The notes under the pieces: model-generated | The model's input: the letters and a program-made list of their open reading frames with translations, nothing else | Database searches by the model: none | What the model was told of the DNA's origin: nothing | Assembly (NCBI RefSeq): GCF_011386835.1 | Contig: NC_088792.1 | Coordinates: 148,180,001 to 148,244,000 of the forward strand | DNA length: 64,000 bases | Origin: Chrysemys picta bellii | Taxonomy: Eukaryota | Direction: 5' to 3' | Translations under genes and position numbers: made by a program | Shown here: positions 21,027 to 33,000 of the stretch, one piece after another | Layout of the letters: each line of letters begins with the position of its first letter | Numbering within the stretch: the first letter of the stretch is position 1

Positions 21027-24000
21027 TGACAGCCTGGATCATCCTCCCCATTAGCCTGTCCACCTTTTCCATCACTGGGATATGGATCGTGTAAGCAGCC
21101 ACTTTGCTCTGGTTTGTGTAGTGATGTGGGGAGGGTGCTGGCTAACCAACAGGGGCTGGGATCTGGCTAATGAACAGGGTGCTCCAATAGCCATGAGATT
21201 GGGTGGCTAGTCCATGGGCTGCTTCCTCTGACAGTCTAAGCCCCAAACCAGGTGACTTTGAATCCAGTGAAGGACAGGTTCCCGCCTCTCTGTGGGCTAA
21301 CAACCCCTCCCTTTAGTAGCCTCCTATTCTGTGAACTGATTGTTGCCACCATGTTTTACTTGAGTCTTGGATTCACTCCAGTTCTGCCCCCTCCTGGTGT
21401 AACAGTGGCTGGCGGCTCTTTGTGTCCCCAGCCCAGCTCGGGCTCCAGGGTGGCCGCTGTCTGGGGTGCTGGTGTGTGTGGGGGGGGGGTCACGGAGTGA
21501 GCACTGAGGTTTGCATTGTGATGGGGTGGGGAAAATGGAAAGGTGGGGTGGGATTGGGAACAATTACTTTGGGAGGTGCAGATACCACTATTCCAGTGCT
21601 GGGGGCACCTCTGGGTCCTCTCTGAGCCCTGCCCCTCTGTGATCAGGGCATCAAACCGGCATAAGCTGTGTGATGAATCCTCAGTCGCCAGGCTCCATGA
21701 GCTGGGAGCCATAGCTACCTGTGGGCCTGGCCAACATCCTGCCGCTTACACTTCAGTGCGTTCCCCTTGCTGTAGCCCCTTGGCCTGTCTGACACGGGAG
21801 CCTGTGGGGGAGGGTTAACTGGATCCCCTTTGCACCAGGTAAATGGTGGTCACTACAGGGCTCAGCATTCTTGTGTCTGACCCATGGTGTCTGCTGAGTT
21901 TGGCTTCAGGACTGGCCTTGCGAGCCCAGAACGGGACTTCCTGCCTGCAGGGTGAGTGGTTCGAGGGCTGTGTTCCAACCCAGGACAGCAAAGGGTCCAC
22001 TGACGGCCGCTCCTAAGGGGCGCAGTTCAGTGCTCCCGCGGGTACAGCCCTCTGGCACTTACCCCCTCCCGCCCCTCCCCCCAGTGAGGGGGAGCTATTG
22101 GCCAGTGTGTTTTCAGGCAGACCTAGATGCTAGTGGAGCTGGGTGGGGTCCCTCTCCTAATCCTCCCCAAGGTGCGGTTGGCGTGTCTCCCACGGTCCTC
22201 AGCACGGCTGCCTTGACAATAGCCGCCCTTGTCCTCATCTCTGAGAGAGCCCCAGTGTGTCCCTAACTTACCCTGCAGTACCAGGCTCCAGCCACTGGGG
22301 GGACCCTTGTCCTCATCCACATGGGCAGAGCCAGGGTCACCCCAAACCGTGTTGGGCTGAGTGCCCCTCTGCAGGAGGGGAGTCCCTGGGGGCTGTCGGT
22401 GCCAGGATTGAGGGGAGTGGCCTTGCAAAGCTGCCCATGAAACAGATGGGAATTCAGATGCAGAGTGCTAACCTAGGCGTAATCCCCTGGATCCGGCTGC
22501 TGCCTCACCTGCAGGGCCCGCTGCCCCATGAGGTCTCCACAGAGCCCGCTGGGGCAGGCTGGCCAGCCGGGCAGCCTTCCGGGACCCCATCACTGCCCCT
22601 GGGAGGCTCTTGTGCACGCTGGGTGCTTAGAGCATCCAGCAGTTGTTGCTGATGGCTCCAGCCCTGGCCTGGGACCTTGGCAGTGAAGTGACAGCTTGGT
22701 TAAAGGCAGGGAGGTGGGAACTCGTTATAGATGGTGACCGGGGGCTTGTGCAGTTACACAGAGGGTAGCTCAGAGCCCCTTGTATCTCACCCCCAGCTGC
22801 TCCTGGGGTTGGCAAAACCCCCCCCACACACACACACACACACACACATGCTCTCCTGGAGCCACTCGGGAGTTGCAGGGAGTGGGGAGGCTGTGCCAGT
22901 TTGACCCAGTCTGGAGTGGCAGGAGCTCAGAAGGGCGCAGGGGTCGGGGGGGCCCTGCCAGGGCTCAGCACCAGCTGCTCTCACTGACTGTAAGTGGAGG
23001 TGAGGACTCAGGACCCTGATGGGAAGCAGGGCCTGGTGAGAGCGGGGCGGAGGCAGGGCCCTCGGCCAGGGGGGCTGGCAGATGCGGTGTCAGGCCAGGC
23101 CATCAAGGTCAACCCCATCTGCTCCCCCAGTATAAGGAGGTATTGGGGAGGGGGCTGTGCTGGGGGCAGCTCTGCACCAGGTGGGGGAGGGGTCAAAGGT
23201 GGCTGGAGGCTCCTCAGAGCAGTTTGCCCCTGACTTTGCCTGTCAGGTGACCTTTGACCATACAGGGTCCTGGGCAAGGAGCGCAGGCCTCCGCATGCAC
23301 CGGGAATGAGCCGGGCCTGGCTGCCCCCAGCAGCGTGGACACAAGGCTCAGCCCTTCACCCCTGCGGCCCCGCACGTGCCCTGCTCAGGTAGGGGTAGTG
23401 ACAGAGTGGGGAGAGGGTCGCAGGCTGGGAGCTCAGCTGCCCCTCCCCTGCCAGCTCCCAGGCCTTTCTTGTGCTCTCTTGGGCCAGGCTATCAAACCGT
23501 AGTGCCCCAGCCTTGCCAATGCAGGAGTCTGGGCTCCGCAAGGAGTCATGGCGGTGACACTGCAGTGCCTTCAAACTGCCCCAAATCTGGCCCCCCCAGC
23601 CCTGCTCCCCACGGAATAGCCCCTGGCCTGCATACCCACTGCCAGCCTGGATCACAGCTCTGAGCCGGTGCCCCCAGGCCCCAGGAGCAGCCCCTCCCTG
23701 CCACCACCGCGGTGCTCTTTGCTCTAGCGTGATGGGCAGCTGGGGCAGTGCCCCCTCACCCAGGGCAACAAATGGGCTGTTCCACCCTTCTGCACCAGGG
23801 AGCCGATCTCTCCCCCAAGGCGGTTCTGCCATGGGGTTGGGGCGGTGGGATCTGGGCTGTGAGTGTGGATGTTCAGGGCCTGCGCCAAGTAGTGACTGGC
23901 TGGAGCCCAGGGAGACTGGCTTGTCCCTGCGCTGGCACCAAAGGCGGCTGTTGAAGCTAAACAGCCGAGCGTGGCAGGACGAAGGGCACATTCCTTCATG

Positions 24001-27000
24001 TTGCCCTGGCTGCTGCTTGGCTCAGCTCCCCGGGCCGAGTGTGCATCGCTCCACCAGCGGCCCAGATGCCAGGCTGATCTGAGCCATCGTGCTGCTGGGG
24101 GAAGGGGAGCTATGGGGAAAGTTGGGGACCTCTCAGAATTGCTGGTAACTTTCCAACCCCCCCCCCACACATACACACACACTTGGTCTTTCCGAAGGTG
24201 AGACACCTGGGAGTGGCAGGGGAAGCCGACTCGCAAGACTTCCACTTCCCCAGCTCAGGGATGGCCGTGCTCTGAAACGTCCTGGGGCACGTGCCCTGGT
24301 ATCGGGTGTGCTGCGAAGCCAAGCAGATCCCAATCCCCATTCTAGTGCCGTTCTGCTCCCTGAAGGGAGAATTTTGGGGGGGGGGGTGGTCCTGCTGAGC
24401 CCAATGCCCCCCCAGTAATTCCCCTTAACCCTGCGGAGATACCACCCATGGCAGGGGCTGCTCCTTGGGCAGCATCAGGCAGCGAGGGGCCGAGTCGTTT
24501 GGAGACCTCTGTGCGCCCTGTCACCATGCAGGGCGGAAGCCAGTGAGGGAAGATCCCAGCGTTTGCAGAGGTTAGGAGAAATTTGTCTCTGCGCCTGTGA
24601 CCCAAGGCTGCTTGATGGAGACTTACTCGGGGGACAAAGACTGAGCCCCCCAGTGCTATGGCCGGTTGCTCTTCAGAGCAGAGCCCTGCATGCAGCGTTG
24701 GCTACAGAGCCCCTGGCTGCCGGCGCTGCAACAAGACCAAAGAATGGAGCCGTTTGGTTCCCCCAGCAAAGCGTGAGCTGAGCGGCTCCCTGGGCTGGAC
24801 AGGGCACTGGCTCGTGTCCCTGGAGGGGTTTGCAGGGGTGAGAGTGGTGGTGCTAGGGGGCAGAGGTAGCTGGGTATTTGGCCTGCATGGCACAATGGGC
24901 AGGGCCTGTGTCATGTACCCCCAGGTCGGCTGGGTGAGGGGGTGTGGATGACACTGACAGGTCTCTCAGTGCCGGTGAGCTGGCCTTCCCAGTGCTGTGT
25001 CCATTCCCAGCATCCCCCGGACTCTTCAGGGCACCTGTCTGGAGATGGCACCATTACCCAGGGCTCGGCTGTGGACACTGGATGCCTCTCCAGGGGTTCT
25101 TAAGTTGGGCTCCCCTGCTCCAGTGGCTGGGGAGGTGAGAAGGCTCCTATGGGACAGGAGGCCGGGTAGGTGCATTAATTCCCCTCGCTAGTTCAGGTAT
25201 GGTGACCTTGGCTCTGCTCCTCGCAGGTACGCCATGGCAGTGATGAACCACCACGTGTGTCCCGTCGAGAACTGGTGAGCAGCAGCCCCCGTGGCTGGCA
25301 GTGCATGGGCAGCCCCTGCCAGGTGCTGCAGCCCCACCCGCTTCCTTCCTTGCCCTAGCCAATTGTAGTACCTAATCTAACCAGTACGGTCAGGCTCTGG
25401 GGCCAGCCCCCGTGCTCCAGTCCAGCTCCTTGGCCTGGATCCGGAGTGCTGCCCCTGGGATGGGGAGAGCAGGATGTGCCCAGGATGATCCAGAGCACCA
25501 GCTGCCTGGCTATAACCTTCCCCTGCCTGCCTAGTGCGTGGGGCCTGGCGGCAGCCATGTTACAAAGGCCCATGGTGGGGGAAGCAGTCCCTCTGTGCTG
25601 CCAGGGGAGGGTGCCAGGGCTTCTGGGCAGCTTGGCGGAGGTGGGGCCATGTATCCAGGCCCCCAGGACAGGGAGAGGAGCCCCTATGGTCTCCCCTGCC
25701 TATGGAGGGCACCGTGCCCAGGGGTGGGTAATACGGACTATACCACTGCTCTGGGAAGCAGTAGGGCAGAGGTTAGTTGCTCCTGGCCCCCATGTCAGTT
25801 CCTAACTCCCCCCCTCCCCCCATGCTGTTCTGGCCCCTTTCATCCCCCACCCCCCACTTACCAATTGATTTCAGGTCCTACAACGAGTCATGCTCCTCCA
25901 GCCCTGCCAAGCATGGCTACCCCAAAAGCTGCTGCACCTTGGAAGATGTGCCTCTGATCAGGTGAGGCTGAAGCGGGGGTTGGTGTGAGTGGTATCTGGG
26001 GTCCATCACGCTAGGGGCAGTATCCCACTCCGAGGAGTTTACATGAGGCCAGAGGAGCTGCACCCTCTGCCCTAAGTGAGAGAGCGTCACAGCTCCCTCA
26101 CCCCAGGGCAGCCGCAGCCTCGATGGCTGCCTCACTGTCAGTCTCCTCTTGCCGCCCGCTTCCCCCCCCTCCATGTATCACTCAGGGCTGGGGACAGGGG
26201 TGCCGTGGTGGCTGTTTGCTGGGCTCTCCGGAAGTGCCAGTTGCCCAGAGCCCTCTGGCAGCATGTGTTGGAATGAGTCATGGCCAAGCTGCCTTTGTGC
26301 AACAGGGAAATGGTGCTGTGGGCCACTCAACCCACAGCCGGGGGGCCCAGGTGGGCACCCACAGGCCTGATCCCACCCTGCTGGGGGCAGCAGTGCAAAC
26401 CAGCCAGCTCACCCCTGAGCTGCAGGGCCGGAACTTCCACTAGGCGACCCTAGGCGGTCGCCTAGGGCAGCAGGATTTGGGGGGCAGCATTTTGCCACCC
26501 TTGGCGGAAATTCGGCGGCGGGGGGTCCTTCCGCTTCGGGTCTTCAGCGGAAATTCGGCGGCAGGTCCTTCACTTGGGACTTGCTGCTGAAGTGCCCCGA
26601 AGACGTGGAGCGGAAGGACCCCCACCGCCAAATGCTCAGAGGAGGAGCGCTGCCGCCTAGGGTGGCAAAAACCCTGGTGCTGCTCCTGCTGAGCTGTGGC
26701 ATTGCATCACGCCAAGTCACGTGCAGCATGTGTGGCATGGTGGAGGGCGAGTCAAGAAGGGGATAGGGGAGCAGCACACCTTGGGGGACCCAGGGCCTGG
26801 CGCAATATGTGCCATGTGTGACAGGTTCCCCCAGGGTGCCACCTGGGGCTGGGGTACCACTGAGCCTCTGACCCACCAGCCTGGGCTTCCTCTCACACTG
26901 TGCTGCTGTGACAAGCTGCAAAGCCCTCCAAGCCTGCACTTTCACCAGCATTCACACAGGTGCAGTCACATGCAGGCTCTCTGACCACCAGCTTCTCAGC

Positions 27001-30000
27001 CTAGGCCCCCAGAGCAGTACCGTCCTGCCCTGCTCAAATCTGGCCAGTATATGGGTTTAATACCTGGTCCGCCGCTCCCTCAATGTGAAGAGGACCATGC
27101 ACACTTGTGGTAACCAAGCTGAGATTTTTCCCCAGGCACCTTAGTCAAACACACACGTGTTTAGATTAAAACTTTAAAATAAGTGTATGAATTCCAGATA
27201 GATGTTAAGTGATTGTAAGTGATAGCAAACAGATCAAAGCAGGTTACCTAGCAAATAAACCAAACCACAAACTGAGCTTAACACACTAGATAGCTAGGAT
27301 ATGAATTAGCAAATTCTCACCCTGAGTGATAAACAGGCTGGCAGATTCTTGGCTTTGCAGCTTGGCTTTCCCCGGCTTTAATACACAGGCTAAAAATCCC
27401 TTAACCTGGGACCATCACTTCCCCCCGTTCAGTCTTTATTTATCAGGTGTTTCCAGGTGTGGTGTTGTCAGGAGAGTGAGGCCCCCTCACGTTGTCATTG
27501 CCCCTCTTTTAGATCTTCCCCCACACTTGCTGGAAAGCTCTTTTGCTGTGACCTGGGTCAGACCGTTCCCATTGTGCAGTGCTATCTCTGAGAGGTTTCT
27601 GTTGCACGCAGTTCCTGGGGTAATCCTGGTGCTTGTGCAATTCCTCAGTAAGCCATTAACATTGTTTGGCCTTTTTACAGTTGTACCTGAAAGGCTGCTT
27701 GTGGGTGTTTTCAACCTCACAACATGTTTCCATAGCCCATACATAGCCAAACTTCACATACGCCGGTAGCGCATACAGTCCAACGAGATATTACTGTTGA
27801 GCAGATCAAGACTTAGATCCCTCACAAGGCACACTTTGTGCAAAACAGAATAATTATATGACAGTGGTGAATATTGGGGTGCCAAGGTGTCACCATGCCC
27901 AAGAGGCACGCGAGGGCACAGCTGCCAGGAGCCAGGCAGGTGACCGGCCCAGAGGGGTGCTGGATGGGGGTCACACCCACCCCCTTTCCATGCCCACCAG
28001 GGGGAGGCATGTGCTGCTCCGATCATGTCCTGGCTTTGCTGACTGCTTTCTCCTTGCCCTGCAGTAAGTGTGGCACATATCCCCCAGAGAGCTGCCTCTT
28101 CAGCCTTATTGGGAACATCGGGGCTTTCATGGGTAAGTGTCCACCCCACCTGGCCCGCTGAGGAGCCGCTCTGTGCAGAGGGCCCCTCTCCTGTGACTGC
28201 CTTGGCCTGCTGGCCACGTAGCCCGCACCAGGCTCAGCCTCCCTGCTGTGGGGCCGGATCTGGGACTGCATTTGCTGATCTGGCTCAGTAGAGGGGACCC
28301 ATTGCTGTTCTGTCCCCAGCACTGCTTCTGCATTGGACTGGGGCCCGACCTCCCCACTGGGCAGGCAGCAGATCCCCACCGGGGCATGGAGCGGGCTGCT
28401 CCCTTCCCAGGGTGGCTCAGTGGTGGGTGGAAGGCGTTCTTTGCAACAGAAGTGCTGGAAACTGTTTAAAAATGTTATGCTTGTGGGATATGCTGAGGAC
28501 GTTGTCACAGACGCACAGGTCATGCCCACTCTCTGAGCCTTTGCACGCCTGTCTCTCGCTGTGGGCCCCCTCACTCTGGACCCCCAAGGCCTCCACTCCC
28601 AGAGGGACTAATGCAACCCTGTTCTCTAGACCGGAGTGACTCTCAGCCAGCATAGAATAGGAGGGTTTCTTGAGTGGCTGAACACAGCATAGGAAACTCT
28701 CAGGGCCTCAGGCCTGGCCTCCCTCAGCCCAGCACATCCAAGTCTCCTCTGCATCCAGGTGGGCTCTGCCTGTTCCCCCTCTCCAGCCCCGAGCCCCCCT
28801 GCTTCCCAGCTGGGCATCTGAGATCACCGGCCCCAAGTCCCGCCTCTGTCCATTGTCTTCTCTCCAGGGAAACAGGGTCACCTGGGCCTCCTCTCCTCTC
28901 TTCTGTTCTCTGGCTGGAACCGGTTGGTCAGGTCACTGGCGTCCTCTCTTTATAGCCCATTGTCCTCCCACTGGCCAGAACCGGCTGTGACTCCTGAGCT
29001 GGGCCTCCGGGTCACCAGTCGCTGGGGTCTCCATTCTCCAGGCCATGGGCTGGGGTCCCAAGTTCCATGGCTGGTCCTCTGTAACAACAAACTCCCTCTC
29101 CCCTCGCCTCGTTAAACCAGTAACACCCAGGGAAACTGCGTCCCACACCCTCTGCATGAAAACCATCGGAAAAAGACAAGAAACCCTCCCCCCCCCACCT
29201 CATCACAGGATCCCCCGGCCCAGGGAGTGGGTCTGTCACTGCCAATCCTGTGGCCTCAGAAGCTGCTGTGGCTCAGAGCCCTCACCCCAGGAGCCAGCCC
29301 ATAAGTATAAAGGTCTTACCTTGGCTTCCATGGGCCTGGCTACACCTTTTATGGTGATCCCAACTGCCCTGCAGGTCCCCCTGGGCCTCCCCAAGTTCTT
29401 AACTACCAGACACTTTCCCCTCTGCTTTGTCATCCCTAGAGGTGTGAACCCAGCTCCCCAGTCACTGTGGTGGACACTCCATGCAGGTTGCACGCTAGCA
29501 AGCTGGTGGGGGTGAAAATAACCAGTTGATTTAATAGACCCCCCCCAGATTCAGAGATGAGATGGCAAGGGACTGAACAGCTTCCCCTGGCACAGTCAAC
29601 ATCTGCAGGCTTTCCACTGGCTCCCCGCATGCCCCTGCCACAGGCTCCAGCACTCAGGCGGCCCCTCGAGCTCTGGGGGCCTTCCATTGGGGGAGGGTGG
29701 GGGGTTTTCTCATCAGGCACTATTAATACGCACAGTGGGGGTGTGATGGGTTCCCTGTGGGGTGCCACCTGGAACTGGGGTACCCCTGACCCACCAGCCT
29801 GGGCTCCCTTTACCTAGTACTGCTGTGACCAGCCTGTCAAGCCCTTTCCCAGGCTCCAGCACACATACAGGTAGGGACACTTCCAGATGTTCAGCAGCTG
29901 GGTAAGGGGGTAAACAGTGAGGTGGTGAAATTTGCAGAACTACTCAAGATAGTTAAGTCCAAAGCAGACTGAGAAGAGAATCTCTCAAAACTGGGTGACT

Positions 30001-33000
30001 GGGCAACAAAATGGCAGATGAAATTCAATGTTGATAAATGCAAAGTAATACACATTGGAAAACATAACCCCAACTATACATATAAAATGATGGGGTCTAA
30101 ATTAGCTGTTACCACTCAAGAAAGAGATCTTGGAGTCCATGGGTGGCGGGTATCGTAGGCATGGGAAGGCCAAACAGCCTGATATCCCTGGCCCGTGCTC
30201 CACCCCCATGCCCCACTCTGACTGCTGTTCCCTGCGGCAGGCAGGCTGGGGCCCACTCGCCCCTGGGCCTGGGCCCACCCCAGCCGAGCTGTCTGCCCAC
30301 CCAGTGCTGGGGCCAACACCTCTGCTGGGAGGTGCCTTCAGAGGCGGGGGGGGCATGCCGGCCAGGGGTCGGGCCCGACGGTGTGGTGCTCCGAGTGGGG
30401 GCTGGGTTCTGGTGGGCACAGAAGGGGCAGGGCTGGGGGGCTAGCCTCCCCAAGCCAGGGGTTTACCCACCACCCATGTTGGACTCATTGCAGATAGTTC
30501 TCTGAAAACATCACTCAATGTGCAGCGGCAGTCAAAGAAGCTAACAATGTTGGGAATCATTAAGAGAGGGACAGATAATAAGACAGAAAATATCATATTG
30601 CCTCTATATAAATCCATGGTATACTCACATCTTAAATACTGTGAACAGGTTGCCCCATCTCAAAAAAGATATATTGGAATTGGAAAAGGTTCAGAAAAGG
30701 GCAACAAAAATGATTAGGGGTAAGGAACGGCTTCTGTATGAGGAGAGATTAATAAGACTGGGACTTTTCAGCTTGGAAAAGAGATGGCCAAGGGGGGATA
30801 TGATAGAGGTCTATAAAATCATGACCAGTGTGGAGAAAGTAAAGAAGGAAGTGTTATTTACTCCTCATAATACAAGAATGAGGGGTCACCAAATGAAAAT
30901 AGGCAGTAGGTTTAAAACAAACAAAAGGAAGTATTTTTTCACACAACGCACAGTCACCCTGTGGAACTCCCTGCCAGAGGATGTTGTGAAGGCCAAGACT
31001 ATAACAGGGTTCAAAAAAGAGCTAGATAAGTTCATGGAGGAATAGGTCCATCAATGGCTATTAGGCAGGATGGGCAGGGATGGTGTCCTGTTTGCCAGAA
31101 GCTGGGAATGAGTGAGAGGGGATGGATCCAGTGGTGAGCTGGAGCCGGTTCCCACCAGTTCACAGGAACCGGTTGTTAAATTTAGAACAATTTGTTCCAG
31201 GACAACCGGTTCTAAAAGGGCTTTTAAATTTAACAAAAGCTTCAGCAGCTGTCCATCCTGTCCCCGGCCCCAGCTCACTTCCCCCTTCCCGCCTTGAACG
31301 CTCCGCCCCCCTTCTCCTCCTCCCCTGCTTCCCGCGAATCAGATGTTCGCGGGAAGCCTGAAACAAGCAGCAGGCAGGTAAATTGGGGTGGGGACGCGCA
31401 AGGAGGGCTCTAGAGAGGCGCGGCGTGGCCCAGTCCAGCTCCAGCTGAGCAGCTCCCTCCGGCCTGGCCCCCTGGCCCCGCCGAGCGCCCCAACCCGGTC
31501 CTGGCCACGGCCGAGTGCCCCCGGCTCCGGCTCCGGCCCCAGCGGTGCTGGCCCCGAGCGGCTCCGGCCTGGCCCTGCTCGGCTCGGGCCCCGCGGCACC
31601 GGCCCCGGCTGAGCGGCTCGGGCCCAGCTCAGCTTGGCTTGGGCCCCGCGGTCCAGGCCGAGCGGCTCCGGCCCAGCTCGACTTGGGCCCCGCGGCGCCG
31701 GCCCCAGTCCCGGCCGAGCGGCGGACGAGCGGCTCTAGGTGGCGCGGTAAGGGGGCAGGGGGCAGGGAGGAGGTGTTGGAAGAGGGCAGGGGAGTTTGAG
31801 GGGTTGTGGGGGGGTGGATAGGGGTTGGGGTGGTCAGAGGGCAAGGAACTGAATGGGGGCAAGGGTCCCAGGGGGGCAGTCAGGAAGGAGCAGGGGTTGG
31901 ATGGGGTGGTGGGGGGTAGTCAGGGGCAGGGGTTCCAGGGACAGTCAGGGGACAGAGAGACGGGCTGGTTGGATGGGGCAGGGGTCCTGGGGGGCCATCA
32001 GGAATGAGAGGAGGGGTTGGATGGGGCGGCAGGGGGCAGTCAGGGGACAGGGAAGGGGGGTGGATGGGGCAGGGGTCCTGGGTGGGGGGGCATCAAGGTA
32101 CGTGGGGGGTTGGATGAGGCAGGAGTCCCGGGGGGGGGGCACAACCCCCTCATGGGGTGAAGAGGAGGGAACCTGTTGTTTAATATTTTGGCAGCTCATC
32201 ACTGGATGGATCACTTGATGATTCCCTGTTCTGTTCATTCCCTCTGGGGAACCTGGGATTGGCCGCTGTCGGCAGACAGGACACTGGGCTAGATGGACAT
32301 TTGGTCTGATCCAGTATGGCTGTTCTTGTGTTCATACATATGCTGTGATCAGCTCTGCAGGGGGAGCCTACAGCTAAGGAACTGCCCAGCTGCTCAAGTG
32401 CACAGCCCACTCGAGAGTGTAAACCCCAAATTATACCATCTTGCATGGCACAGAGAACTGTACAGCGTAAGCTCATGAAATCGCCCCCTCCCTCAATGTG
32501 GAGAAGGATATGCAACAGCTTTCTGCCCCAAGTTAGGACTCCCCCACACTGGTTTTAGATAAAGCAAAAACAAGTTTATTAACTACAAAAGATAGATGTT
32601 AAGTGATTATAAGGGATAGCAAACAGATCAAAGCACGTTACCTAGCAAACAAACAAAACATGCAAACTAAGCTGTCACGGAGTATTGGGGGACTCAGGGC
32701 CCTGCACCCCTGGCTTCCTGCGATTCACCATGACTCTCAGCCAGCCAGTAAAGCAGAAGGTTTATTTGGATGACAGGAATACAGTCCAAGACAGGTCTTG
32801 CAGGCACAGACAACAGGGCCCCCCTCAGTTAGGTCCAGCTTGGGGTCCCAGGGCATCCCAGCCCACCCCCCTTTGGGGGGTCAGAGCCATCTCTGCCTCC
32901 CAGCCATCTCTCCAGCCCGCTTCCAGCACTCTGCCTTCAGCGACCCCTCCCACAGCCTTTTTTCAGTTTCCCAGGCCAAGGTGTCACCTGGCCTCCAACC

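Larger units (their letters stand above)
29895..32333 (+). mobile_element. CR1 LINE 3' fragment, degraded and interrupted by two hAT insertions
   Basis: RT C-terminal remnants (ORF 30641..31045 [23 protein letters not shown]) and a CR1 3' UTR ending CTGTTCTTGTGTTC at about 32333. Confidence 0.9.
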
